From an uncultured Ignavibacteriales bacterium (lineage in GTDB: Bacteria; Zixibacteria; MSB-5A5; GN15; FEB-12), in the NCBI GenBank assembly GCA_964464605.1, contig CAYXJN010000003.1, positions 248,001-312,000 on the forward strand: 64,000 nt of DNA, in the 5' to 3' direction. The stretch's first letter is position 1; the number at the start of each line of letters is the position of its first letter. The translations under genes and the position numbers were made by a program. The notes beneath the pieces were generated by a model. It did not search any database. It saw nothing but the letters and a program-made list of their open reading frames with translations, and was not told the DNA's origin. Shown piece by piece: positions 1 to 9,904 of the stretch.

Positions 1-204
1 CGTGCCTGTCAAGCTTTTTCCGTACTGACATCTATTGTACCCGCTTACTGACAGTTGTTATTCAATTTCTTGATTAAAATTTTTGCCTCCGTCGTCCGGT
101 ATCAATGATTTCGACCGTCTGTATACTACAAGACAAACGATTGAAAAGGTCTTCTTGACAATTTCATTCGACAATTGATAGGTTTATTCCAAAAGGAGAT
201 TCAG

Positions 205-543
205 ATGCCGGAATTTATGCTGCTCATTAAAGGTGGGGACTACGAGGGGATGTCCGCCGAGGAAAGCCAGAAAGTAGTCGAAAAATATATCGCCTGGGCA
301 AGACAGCTTCGCGCCGATAACCGGATGAAAGGTGGGGATGAACTGCAATCCAATGGCCGGATACTTTCGGTACAAAACGGCGCGATTGTCGATGGGCCGT
401 TTATCGAGTCCAAAGAATCGGTCGGCGGTTATTTTCTGATTGAGGCAGACAATTACAACCACGCCGTTGAAATCAGCAAGGGATGCCCAAGTCTATTGAA
501 CAACGGAACAGTGGAAATTCGCCAGATAAGCGATTACAAATGA
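205..543 (+). CDS. YciI/DGPF-family protein
   Basis: Contains DGPFIESKESVGGYFLIEA, matching the DGPFAETKE signature. ATG at 205 follows AGGAG at 194-198. Lies directly upstream of an ECF42-type sigma gene. Confidence 0.9.
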   Translation: MPEFMLLIKGGDYEGMSAEESQKVVEKYIAWARQLRADNRMKGGDELQSNGRILSVQNGAIVDGPFIESKESVGGYFLIEADNYNHAVEISKGCPSLLNNGTVEIRQISDYK

Positions 544-555
544 CAACAGGGCGGA

Positions 556-1833
556 ATGACTGAATCCTTTGACCGTTCAGTGCCGGAGTTGGTGGAAGGG
601 GTCTTCCGCCGCTCGGTCGGTCAACTGACCGCGACACTGACCCGCGCAGTCGGGCATGACAAAATCGATCTGGTTGAGGAAGCAATTCAGGATGCGATTG
701 TGTCTGCCTTAAAAACTTGGCCGCTTAAAGGAATTCCGGAAAAACCGGAAGCATGGTTATTCACTACCGCACGAAATCGGTTAATTGATATGTTTCGCCA
801 ACGGTCGTCGACTGTTTCATTGGAAGAGATTGAACAATCTCTATTGTTTGGACGCTCAGCAAACATAACAGATGCAGAGACGCTGCCGCCGCTTTTACAA
901 GATGATTTACATCGTTGTATCTTTGCCTGCTGCTACCCTTCTCTGCCGCGGGAAGCGCAAGCGACCCTGACTTTGCGATTGGTCTGCGGGTTCAGCGCGG
1001 CGGAAACAGCGCGGATGCTTCTGTTAAATGAAGAAACCGTTACCCGTCGAATCACTCGAGCGAAAGAAACATTCCGCAAAACAACGGAAACCGGATCGCT
1101 TTTTGAAATCGCTTCGGTAACTGAACGGCTCTATCCGGTTTTGGACGTTATCTATTTTCTGTTGAATGCCGGCCACACCGCACCGGAAGGAAATGAACTC
1201 ACCCGTCCCGATCTTGCTGAAGAAGCCCGCTATTTAGCGATGACTCTGGCAAACCATGATGCAACAGCCAAACCGGAACTATTCGCACTCTTGGCGTTGA
1301 TTCATTTCCATATCTCCCGCCTGCCTGCCCGGTTACATCAAAACGGGGAGTTATTGACACTTGAAGAACAGGATCGTGACAGATGGGACCAAACTGCCAT
1401 TGCAACAGGTATCGCGTATCTTGACAAGGCGGCCACCGGAATAAAATTAACCGAGTATCATCTGCAAGCCGGAATCGCGGCAGAACATGCGAAAGCAAAA
1501 TCATTCACGCAAACCAACTGGAAGCAGATTATCGAGTATTACGATATGCTTGGTGAAATCAACAATTCGCCGATTGTAACATTGAACAGAGCGGTTGCCT
1601 ATGCGATGTATGTTTCCCCTCAGGAAGCGCTAAAACAAGTAGATGGGCTGACTGCTCATCCGCAAATCAACAGGTATTATCTCTACCATGCCGTCCGTGC
1701 CGATTTATTGCGCCGCGATAATGAATGGAGCAAAGCAATTAGCGCTTATGCGCGTGCGATAGGATTAGTGAGTAATGATGTCGAGCGAAAATACTTAGAA
1801 CGGCGAATAGCCGAATGTCGAGCGCAAATATGA
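556..1833 (+). CDS. ECF sigma factor, ECF42-type, with C-terminal TPR-like extension
   Basis: Sigma2 region (EEAIQDA..WP..G.P..P.AWL.TTARNRLID) and sigma4 region (IFACCYPSL..EAQ.TLTLR.VCG) followed by YHLQAGIAAEH and TLNRAVA. Paired with a DGPF gene. Confidence 0.88.
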   Translation: MTESFDRSVPELVEGVFRRSVGQLTATLTRAVGHDKIDLVEEAIQDAIVSALKTWPLKGIPEKPEAWLFTTARNRLIDMFRQRSSTVSLEEIEQSLLFGRSANITDAETLPPLLQDDLHRCIFACCYPSLPREAQATLTLRLVCGFSAAETARMLLLNEETVTRRITRAKETFRKTTETGSLFEIASVTERLYPVLDVIYFLLNAGHTAPEGNELTRPDLAEEARYLAMTLANHDATAKPELFALLALIHFHISRLPARLHQNGELLTLEEQDRDRWDQTAIATGIAYLDKAATGIKLTEYHLQAGIAAEHAKAKSFTQTNWKQIIEYYDMLGEINNSPIVTLNRAVAYAMYVSPQEALKQVDGLTAHPQINRYYLYHAVRADLLRRDNEWSKAISAYARAIGLVSNDVERKYLERRIAECRAQI

Positions 1834-3102
1834 TTACTTTTTCGCTAATGCTACTTTGAGCGCGAACGGCGTTACGAGTGTCGTGATAATTACCATGATA
1901 ACAATGGCGGAAAAGATGCCATCATCGATTACATGAAGCTGCCGTCCGATTCCTGCAAAAATCAACCCAACCTCCCCGCGTGGTATCATTCCTAATCCGA
2001 TAACAACCCGATGTAATCCCTTCTCTACCGCTCCCCAACTGCAGACCTGTTTTCCTAAGATAGCCACGAAAGTCAAAACCAGCGCAAACCCGAGTACTGC
2101 CGTATTGCCAAAACTTTCTAACCGCACCTGTATTCCCATCAGAATAAAAAAAAGCGGCACTAACAAACTGTTCACCGGCCGGACTAAATCATGCAAGCTG
2201 ATATATTCTTTAAATCCCTTAAAATGAACTTCCTCTAAAATCAATCCCGCAGCAAAGGCGCCGATTATCGCTGCCAGCCCGGCTAAATCCGCCAGCCACG
2301 CGAACAGAAAGCAAAGCACCACTGCCGATACGACCATCATTCCCTGCGATTGAAAATTGGCCGCTAAGGGCATAATCCGCCGCACGACGAACATACCGAG
2401 TCCGATGGCAACCACCAAAAAGCCGAGCGCCAAAAATGCCGTTTGGGAAATTGCAAATACGCTGATTCCTGTTCCGGTTTCAGCAGCAGTCACTATTGCC
2501 GCAACGATTGAGAGAATCACAATACCTAACACGTCATCGATCACCGCCGCCCCTAAAATGATTTTGGTCTCGGTCAGGTGCATTTTCCCTAAATCCTTGA
2601 ACACGCGCGCCGTTATACCGACACTGGTGGCGCATAAGGTAGCACCGACAAACAGATGGATATTGCTGACGGAAAATCCGGATGGTAAAACTGACACAAG
2701 CGCAGTCGGAATCTCTTTGATAAACAGCCAACTCACACCGTAACCCAGAACGAACGGAACGACAACCCCGATAACCGCAACCAGCAACGACGATACGCCC
2801 ACGCGTCGCATTTCGCTGACAGTCGATTCCAGACCGACTTCAAAAAGCAAAAGTAACACACCCAAGCGGGCGAGCCGATCGACAATAATCGCCCACTCCT
2901 GCTCTATATGGGCAACGCGTAACGGTTCAAAGAAATCAAAGCTCGGAACAAGCAGGATAAGATTACCTAAAAGAACACCGGCCAACAGTTCCCCTAACAC
3001 GGAGGGTTGCTTGAACCGTTCAAACAACTCTCCACCCAGTTTTGCTGCCAAGAGCAAAACCGCTAAAACTATCAGTACCGGCGCGACTGGATCACCATGC
3101 AT
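1834..3102 (-). CDS. Cation:proton antiporter (CPA2, NapA/KefB-like)
   Basis: About 12 hydrophobic segments. Motifs ATSVGIT, AAVIDDVLG, GMIPRGEVGLI. Confidence 0.92.
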   Translation of the reverse strand: MHGDPVAPVLIVLAVLLLAAKLGGELFERFKQPSVLGELLAGVLLGNLILLVPSFDFFEPLRVAHIEQEWAIIVDRLARLGVLLLLFEVGLESTVSEMRRVGVSSLLVAVIGVVVPFVLGYGVSWLFIKEIPTALVSVLPSGFSVSNIHLFVGATLCATSVGITARVFKDLGKMHLTETKIILGAAVIDDVLGIVILSIVAAIVTAAETGTGISVFAISQTAFLALGFLVVAIGLGMFVVRRIMPLAANFQSQGMMVVSAVVLCFLFAWLADLAGLAAIIGAFAAGLILEEVHFKGFKEYISLHDLVRPVNSLLVPLFFILMGIQVRLESFGNTAVLGFALVLTFVAILGKQVCSWGAVEKGLHRVVIGLGMIPRGEVGLIFAGIGRQLHVIDDGIFSAIVIMVIITTLVTPFALKVALAKK

Positions 3103-3135
3103 ATACTATTATACCCATTAAGAAATAAATGGAGG

Positions 3136-3618
3136 TTACTGCCAGCCTTTGGCGGTTTTGAGTCCTTGAATATGGCCAATATGTTTTTCACCGTGATTTG
3201 AATAAATACGAAGCAAATCATCAACTGTCATCGATCCGTTTTCCGGATGATCAAGTTTCCGGGCAAAGGCTGATTCCGGAAGGGTATTAAACACCGCCGA
3301 CCAGCGGGCATGGAGCCCTTTGATAATGGCAAGCGAAGTGGAAACCGGGCCGCTGTTGGCATCCGACTGCGCTGCCCAGATATCCTGATCATATGCTTTC
3401 ACCCGCGGGTTATCTTCCGTCATCGCGAGTTTGAACCGGATAAAGGCGTTCATGTGGGAGTCGGCCAGGTGATGCACCACCTGACGAATCGTCCATTTAC
3501 CGGGACCGTACGGCGTGTCGAGTTGCTCGTCGTTAAGACCCTGGATAGTAGCCTCCAGCCGGGACGGCATCCCCTCGATTTTTTGAATCATTCCCTTCCG
3601 ATCAGACATGGTGACCAT
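3136..3618 (-). CDS. DinB/YfiT-family thiol S-transferase (bacillithiol transferase-like)
   Basis: Motifs LDTPY.PGKWTIRQVVHHLADSH and H..HI.HI metal ligands. AGGAG lies upstream of the ATG. Confidence 0.88.
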   Translation of the reverse strand: MVTMSDRKGMIQKIEGMPSRLEATIQGLNDEQLDTPYGPGKWTIRQVVHHLADSHMNAFIRFKLAMTEDNPRVKAYDQDIWAAQSDANSGPVSTSLAIIKGLHARWSAVFNTLPESAFARKLDHPENGSMTVDDLLRIYSNHGEKHIGHIQGLKTAKGWQ

Positions 3619-3808
3619 AAAACAACTCCTTTCATGTAACTGAACTAAAGAGTACGAAGTCTTCGGGCAAAAAAAAAGTGTTCTTCCCCTATTTTTGTAA
3701 GAAATGCTAAGGTGAATCGACTACTCAGATACGACCGATCATATGAACGGTGCTGAACAGAAAGGCAGGAGGTGTTTGAACATTCGGTAACTTCACAATA
3801 CCACATAC

Positions 3809-3837
3809 TTGACAGGCAGGTCTGGGTATTGTACTCT
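3809..3837 (+). promoter_or_regulatory. Sigma70-type promoter for the downstream ECF sigma gene
   Basis: TTGACA-17 nt-TACTCT, upstream of the ATG at 3901. Confidence 0.55.
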
Positions 3838-3900
3838 TTTTTTTCATCCTCGTTGATGTGCCCGGTAAGCTATGCATTCTCAGCGGGATCGACACAAGCA

Positions 3901-4512
3901 ATGACCGACCCAACCGCACATGTTCTCTCCGACCCCGCAACATGGGTAGATACGCATGGGGATTATCTCTACAATTTTGCAATCTCCCGTCTGCGTGATC
4001 CGATCGCTGCAGAGGATGCCGTTCAGGAAACGTTTTTAGCGGCATTAAAAGCAAAAGCGAGTTTCGCCGGAGCAAGTTCGGAGAAAACCTGGTTTGTCGG
4101 TATTCTGAAAAACAAAATCATCGATCATTTCCGCAAACAGGAAAAAGAAATCCCGACCGATTTCAGCGAACAGCCGCTTCCCTTTGAACAGGAAGGTTCA
4201 TTCGTAGAAACCGGCTTTAGCAAAGGACACTGGGATGCTGCAAGTGGTTTTGCCCCGGCTGATTGGGGAAACCCGGCGGAATTGCTTGAAAAAAAAGAAT
4301 TTTGGGAGATTTTGAAAAGCTGCCTGCAAACCTTGCCGACCCAAATGGCCAAGGTGTTTACCTTGCGAGAGCTGGAAGAAACTGAAACGGACGAACTCAC
4401 CAAACTGCTCAATATCAGCGAATCGAACCTGTTTGTTATTTTGCATCGGGCACGCGGACAGATGCGCCGCTGTATCGAACTGAAATGGACCGATAAAGGA
4501 AAAACGGGATGA
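3901..4512 (+). CDS. ECF RNA polymerase sigma factor
   Basis: HGDYLYNFA..RLRD..AEDAVQETFLAA (sigma2) and VFTLRE...SNLFVILHRAR (sigma4). Start set at ATG 3901 rather than GTG 3772. Confidence 0.9.
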   Translation: MTDPTAHVLSDPATWVDTHGDYLYNFAISRLRDPIAAEDAVQETFLAALKAKASFAGASSEKTWFVGILKNKIIDHFRKQEKEIPTDFSEQPLPFEQEGSFVETGFSKGHWDAASGFAPADWGNPAELLEKKEFWEILKSCLQTLPTQMAKVFTLRELEETETDELTKLLNISESNLFVILHRARGQMRRCIELKWTDKGKTG

Positions 4513-4802
4513 AACATATTCTCTGGCGCATCGTTCTTTTGCCGGTTCGTTGGCTGTTGCCCAACTGCAAAGAGGAAACCCGCCTGTTATCGCAGAATCT
4601 GGATAAACCGCTTGGTTTCAGGCAGTGGCTCCGCATGCGATTGCATTTGTTAACCTGCGGTTTTTGCACCCGGTATGGTCGGCAAATCGAACTGATTCAT
4701 CAGGCTCTGCACCGGCTGGGAGTCGAAGAATCCGCATTAGACCACCATCATCTGCCGCAAGAAGCAAAAGAACGGATAAAAGAAACAATCAGCCGTTCAT
4801 AA
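4509..4802 (+). CDS. Small soluble zinc-binding anti-sigma factor (zf-HC2)
   Basis: C-x(n)-HLLTCGFC (HxxxCxxC) motif. Overlaps the sigma gene stop by ATGA. Confidence 0.85.
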   Translation: MKHILWRIVLLPVRWLLPNCKEETRLLSQNLDKPLGFRQWLRMRLHLLTCGFCTRYGRQIELIHQALHRLGVEESALDHHHLPQEAKERIKETISRS

Positions 4803-4937
4803 CGCACTTTTTCTCTCTTTTTCCCAGCAAAAACCCGATTTAATCTTTACTTCCGACACCTTTTTGCGTGAATATACAGAAGGAAAACATGAGCTGTTTC
4901 CGCTGAACTGCCCCACGGAAAGGAAGTACAAGCACTG

Positions 4938-6230
4938 ATGGATAAATTCATCGTACACGGCGGCCGTCCGCTCAAAGGAACAATCCCCACCGACGGCTCT
5001 AAGAACGCCGGATTGCCTATCATATTCGGCGCGCTGCTTATCGAAAAAGGGGAAACGGTCATTCATAATGTCCCCCCGCTTCGGGATATTTACACTACCA
5101 AAAAAGTACTCGAATATCTCGGTGCAAAAGTCAGCTACGATGAAAAAGCGGAAACGATGACGGTTAGCGCTCCTAAGCTGACTCAAAATACAGCCCCTTA
5201 CGAATTGATGAATCAAATGCGCGCCTCCTTTCTGGTACTGGGGCCAATTCTTGCCCGCTTAGGAGAAGCCAGAGTCTCCTTACCCGGCGGCTGCGTATTG
5301 GGTTCCCGCCCGGTCGATTTTCACATTAAAGCTTTAGGAGATATGGGAGCTAAAATTTCGGAAAAAGGTGGGTATGTAACCGCCAAGGCAAAGCCGATCG
5401 TCGGCGGGTCGATCTATTTCGACCGTCCTTCTCATACCGGCACAGAAAACATCCTCTATGCCGCTGTCATGGCGAAGGAAAAAACGATTATCTCCAATGC
5501 CGCCTGCGACCCGGAAGTAATCGATGTTGCCAACTTCCTGAATGCCGCCGGGGCTAAAATCAGCGGCGCCGGTACACCGACTATTACCGTTGAACCGGTC
5601 AAACGGTTGAAAGCGGTAGAATATTCTGTCTCCGGCGACCGACTGGTAGCCGGCACCTATCTGCTTGGGGCGGCCTTAACTGGGGGAAATGTAACCGTCA
5701 CTAAAATTAACCCCCTTGATTTGACCTTAGTCCTGCATAAACTCAAGGATATGGGCTGTGAGGTAACTACCAAAGGGAAACAGATAAGCCTGAAAGCCCC
5801 AAAACGGCTCAAACCGGTCGTGGCAACCACGTTCCCTTACCCCGGTTTCCCGACCGATTTACAGGCCTGCATTGTGGCCGCGGCGGCAGTCGCCGCGGGA
5901 ACTTCCCATATACGGGAAACGGTTTTTAATGATAGGTTCTCACATGCGATGGAGCTTGCACGTTTAGGCGCAAATATCGTCGTTACCAGTGATGAAGCGG
6001 TTATCCATGGGGTAGAAAAACTCCATGGCGCCGAGATTATGGCCTCAGATATACGGGCCGGAGCCGGAATTGCCCTGGCCGCCCTGGCCGCCGAAGGGAA
6101 ATCAGAAGTGCTTCGCGTGTATCATATTGATAGAGGATATTATCGGTTAGAGGAAAAGCTTGCCTCGTTAGGAGCCGATATAAAGAGAGTAAAGGAACCG
6201 GCCGCCCCGACTGCCACTATGAAATCATAG
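4938..6230 (+). CDS. murA: UDP-N-acetylglucosamine 1-carboxyvinyltransferase
   Basis: Motifs GSKNAGLP, MRASFLVLGP, LPGGCVLGSRPVDFH, PGFPTDLQ, HIDRGY. Confidence 0.97.
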   Translation: MDKFIVHGGRPLKGTIPTDGSKNAGLPIIFGALLIEKGETVIHNVPPLRDIYTTKKVLEYLGAKVSYDEKAETMTVSAPKLTQNTAPYELMNQMRASFLVLGPILARLGEARVSLPGGCVLGSRPVDFHIKALGDMGAKISEKGGYVTAKAKPIVGGSIYFDRPSHTGTENILYAAVMAKEKTIISNAACDPEVIDVANFLNAAGAKISGAGTPTITVEPVKRLKAVEYSVSGDRLVAGTYLLGAALTGGNVTVTKINPLDLTLVLHKLKDMGCEVTTKGKQISLKAPKRLKPVVATTFPYPGFPTDLQACIVAAAAVAAGTSHIRETVFNDRFSHAMELARLGANIVVTSDEAVIHGVEKLHGAEIMASDIRAGAGIALAALAAEGKSEVLRVYHIDRGYYRLEEKLASLGADIKRVKEPAAPTATMKS

Positions 6231-6310
6231 CTATCAGGACGTAAAAAAGACCCCGGCCGAAGAAAGCTACCGGAGTGTATCCGAACTTTCGTTACCAATG
6301 GAGATTGTAT

Positions 6311-9300
6311 ATGCCGCGTAAATTGACACTTCTGATAGTCGCACTCGTAGCGCTTTCTGTTACTCCGCTTGTCGCCCAGGAAACCTATTTCGGCAAAAAC
6401 AAAGTCACCTACGAAAAATTCGACTGGCAGTATATTCAATCCCGTCATTTCGATGTCTATTTCTACAAGGATGGTTATGAAACTGCCAAGTTTGCTGCCA
6501 ATGTCCTCGAATCAACCTATGTAGAAGTTGCCAAAGAACTCGACTATAATCTCCAGCGTCGCGTTCCGGTTTTCATTTACAACTCCCACATGGATTTCCA
6601 GCAGACCAATATCACGCCGGAAATTTTGTCCGAAGGTATCGGCGGATTTACTGAAGCATTCAAAAACCGGATCGTCGTTCCCTTCTCCGGCTCATACGAA
6701 GATTTCCGGCATGTCTTGCATCATGAATTGACCCACGCCGTTATTTACGATCTGCTGTTCGGGAACATGTTCTCCGCTCTGCTCTCCCGTCAGCGATTGT
6801 TTGATTTGCCGCTCTGGTACGCGGAAGGATACGCCGAGTATTCATCCCGGCATGGCTGGGATTATTTCGCCGATATGTTCGTTCGCGACGCGACCATCAA
6901 CAACTACCTCGCACCGCCGGATTATTTAGGTGGATTCCTTGCCTACAAACAGGGACAGGCAATGGTCAAATATATCGCCGACAAATACGGCGAAGATAAA
7001 CTCGGTACCATACTGCAAAAAGGGCGAGTCTATCTGACCATGAACCGCGCCTTCAAAGAGGCGATCGGCGTCGATCTCAAAAAATTCTGGGAAGATTTCT
7101 CCCTCGAAATGAAACGCCGCTACTGGCCGGAGATTTCCGAACGGAAAAAAGCGGATGAAATCGGCCATCAAATCACCCGCGCCCGTGAGGATGGTTCCTA
7201 CTTCAACGAACAGCCGACTTTTACTCCGGACGGTACCCGTGTTGCTATTTTTACCGACCGGTCGGATTACACGGAAATCATGTTGATATCCGCAACCGAC
7301 GGAAGAAAATCGGAACGGTTAGTCAAATCGGAACGTTCCGGCGATTTGGAATCACTGCATTCATTTGTATCAGGCATGTCATTCTCGCCGGACGGCCGCT
7401 CGTTGGTATTTGCGGCTAAATCAGACGGGAAAGATGCGCTAATCTTTTTTGATGTTCGTAAGAAAAAGACATACCTGACTAAACCGCTTGGACTCTACAA
7501 CATACTTTCTCCAGCCTGGTCGCCGGATGGTACCCGTATTGTCTTTTCCGGACTCAAAGGACCGGATAGAGACTTGTATGTCTACACCATTGCAACGGAG
7601 CAATTAGTACAGCTTACAAGCGACAAATATGATGACTTAGACCCAGCCTGGACACCGGATTCCAAGAACATCGTTTTTGCCTCCGACCGCCAGCATCCCG
7701 GTAATCCGGAGCGTGGTCACGGTACCATGTATGTCTCCTCAGGCGCGGAACTACCCGGCGACTTCAAATACGGGTACTTGAATCTGTTTACTATCAAGCT
7801 CGATCAGAACATGATCTCCCCGCTTGAAGTCGGTCCCGGTGAAAACAAATCCCCGCGCGTTTCTCCGGACGGGAAAAAGATCGCCTTTATTTCCAACCGG
7901 AACGGTATCGATAATTTGTATATCAAATACACCGACAGCGCCGCCTGCTATGCAGTCACCGATATTCTCACCGGTATTCGTTCCTATTCCTGGTCGCCGG
8001 AAGGAAACAAAATTGCCTTCAGTGCCTTCCAAAAAGGTGCCTTCGATATTTTCGTTATGAAAGATATCGCTCCGGTCGGTGACAAGGGCGTACTCAAACC
8101 GACTGATTTTATCCTCGGTAAGTATGATCTCTTGAACAAAGGGAACACGCATGAGCAGTTAGCCGCAGCGAGCAAACATCAGGCAAAACCTGATTCGACC
8201 AAACCGGCAGACAGCGCAGCCCAACCAACGGATAGCGCCGCATTGGCCGTTGCTGACAGCACAAAGACTGACTCAACAGCTCTTGCCGCCAAAGATTCAG
8301 TGATTACCGAAACCGGTATTTACGACGGAGACTTTGTATTTGTCGGAAAAGAGAAAGAGCATGCCAAAGACCCGCTCGATTCACTCATGACCGATATCAC
8401 CAAAGGGAATGCTGCTTCTGATAGCACGGTAAAACCACCCACACCGACGGTCTTTGATTCCGTCCCTCCCCGGTTAGCCAACGGTGAGTATGAAATCAAA
8501 CCGTATAAGACCAAATTCACCCCAGATATCGTCGGCGGCGGTGTCGGCTATGACACCTTCTACGGCCTGCGCGGACAGACCTACTTTTTGATTTCCGACT
8601 ATTTGGGGAATCATCAGTTCTATATCACCACTGACCTGGTGAACTCGCTCGATCAATCATTTATCCAGGCATTTTATTTCAACTCTACCCGCCGTACCGA
8701 CTTCGGCGCCGGACTCTTCCATACCAAGAATTTCTATCTGGATGATGACGACAATCTCTTCTCCGATCGCTTTTACGGGTTACAGGGATTTTTGAGCTAT
8801 CCGTTCTCTATGTTCAGTCGTGTCGAGTTGACCGGTTCACAAATGTTCATCGACCGTGAATATTTAGACAGCGACGATGACCGTGCGAATAGAAGCTCTA
8901 AAGTTTCTACTGCTGAACTCGCTTATGTAACGGACAACATCATCTGGGGGAACACCGGTCCGGTGAACGGTACCCGTGCCCGCTTATCCCTTTCCGGAGG
9001 TGTGAACCTGTTTGAAAAACGGGATGTAGAATTCTCCGCCGCCGAACTCGATTACCGGAAATACTGGCACTTTGCCAAGACCTTCTCAATGGCCTTTCGC
9101 GTGGCCGGTGGTGCATCATTCGGTTCTACCCCGAAACTCTATTTCTTAGGCGGTACGACCAACTATATCGGCGACCGGACGGTCGATGCCCGTGTGTACG
9201 AAGTGGAAAACTTATACTTTTCGCAGGTCGTTACTCCGCTACGCGGATATGATTACTATGAACTTTCCGGAACCCGTTTTAGTGTCATGAACTGGGAATT

Positions 9301-9595
9301 CCGCTTCCCCTTGATTGAATACTTCGCCATGCGCTTCCCGCTTCCGCTAGTCTTAGCACAGGTGAACGGTGCGCTCTTTGCCGATGTCGGCGCGGCGTGG
9401 CGCGGCAATGATTTCAAAGGCGTGTCTAACGCCGGAGGCAAAACCCGGCTGCAGGATATCAAGAGTGGGTTCGGATTCGGTATGCGCGCCAATCTTGGCT
9501 TCCTGCTATTACGCTATGACATGGCTTGGGCGACCGATCTGTACAGCGTCTCCGATCGCCCGCATTATTACTTCTCTTTCGGCGCTGATTTCTAA
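6311..9595 (+). CDS. Secreted/outer-membrane protein: zincin-like peptidase domain, PD40 (TolB-like) beta-propeller and BamA/Omp85-like barrel
   Basis: Signal peptide, HELTH...WYAEG, repeated P(A/T)(W/F)(S/T)PDG, LRGY barrel motif and C-terminal Phe. Confidence 0.8.
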   Translation: MPRKLTLLIVALVALSVTPLVAQETYFGKNKVTYEKFDWQYIQSRHFDVYFYKDGYETAKFAANVLESTYVEVAKELDYNLQRRVPVFIYNSHMDFQQTNITPEILSEGIGGFTEAFKNRIVVPFSGSYEDFRHVLHHELTHAVIYDLLFGNMFSALLSRQRLFDLPLWYAEGYAEYSSRHGWDYFADMFVRDATINNYLAPPDYLGGFLAYKQGQAMVKYIADKYGEDKLGTILQKGRVYLTMNRAFKEAIGVDLKKFWEDFSLEMKRRYWPEISERKKADEIGHQITRAREDGSYFNEQPTFTPDGTRVAIFTDRSDYTEIMLISATDGRKSERLVKSERSGDLESLHSFVSGMSFSPDGRSLVFAAKSDGKDALIFFDVRKKKTYLTKPLGLYNILSPAWSPDGTRIVFSGLKGPDRDLYVYTIATEQLVQLTSDKYDDLDPAWTPDSKNIVFASDRQHPGNPERGHGTMYVSSGAELPGDFKYGYLNLFTIKLDQNMISPLEVGPGENKSPRVSPDGKKIAFISNRNGIDNLYIKYTDSAACYAVTDILTGIRSYSWSPEGNKIAFSAFQKGAFDIFVMKDIAPVGDKGVLKPTDFILGKYDLLNKGNTHEQLAAASKHQAKPDSTKPADSAAQPTDSAALAVADSTKTDSTALAAKDSVITETGIYDGDFVFVGKEKEHAKDPLDSLMTDITKGNAASDSTVKPPTPTVFDSVPPRLANGEYEIKPYKTKFTPDIVGGGVGYDTFYGLRGQTYFLISDYLGNHQFYITTDLVNSLDQSFIQAFYFNSTRRTDFGAGLFHTKNFYLDDDDNLFSDRFYGLQGFLSYPFSMFSRVELTGSQMFIDREYLDSDDDRANRSSKVSTAELAYVTDNIIWGNTGPVNGTRARLSLSGGVNLFEKRDVEFSAAELDYRKYWHFAKTFSMAFRVAGGASFGSTPKLYFLGGTTNYIGDRTVDARVYEVENLYFSQVVTPLRGYDYYELSGTRFSVMNWEFRFPLIEYFAMRFPLPLVLAQVNGALFADVGAAWRGNDFKGVSNAGGKTRLQDIKSGFGFGMRANLGFLLLRYDMAWATDLYSVSDRPHYYFSFGADF

Positions 9596-9615
9596 TTCAG
9601 TCTGACAATTCTGCC

Positions 9616-9651
9616 AAAAAGAAAACGCGGCCGGTGTATCGACCGCGTTTA
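9616..9651. terminator. Intrinsic terminator, strongest on the minus strand
   Basis: AAACGCGG..CCGCGTTT hairpin with an A-rich tract at 9616-9625, which gives a U-tract on the minus strand. Confidence 0.75.
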
Positions 9652-9656
9652 TTATT

Positions 9657-9830
9657 TGCGAAACCAGTGTCTCAGTGAGAGCGACGCTGTAGTCAAAACG
9701 GGCAAGTTGAGCGCCTTATATCTCTCTTCAGTGCGCGTTCTGCATTAACTATCGGCTTCCATTCCCGTTAATGCCGCTGTTGCTTTTGTAGCGTCGCGCC
9801 TGCGTTGCGTTTACCTCACCGATCTCGCAC
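9657..9830 (-). ncRNA. Structured ncRNA candidate, 6S-RNA-like
   Basis: The minus strand folds into a 13-bp closing stem, a large internal bubble, a second long stem and a branched apex. TTGACA at 9864-9859 places the TSS at about 9830. A terminator follows immediately. Confidence 0.55.
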
Positions 9831-9904
9831 GCACAACGAAACACAACACGAACAAATGTGTCAAGAAGAAAATGCAATGTGAACCGGTACTAAACAACCG
9901 AACA

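Noticed and set aside
9657..9830. SRP RNA, tmRNA or RNase P RNA
   Set aside because: It lacks the SRP domain IV motif, tRNA-like ends with a tag ORF, and the RNase P GAGGAAAGUCC motif.
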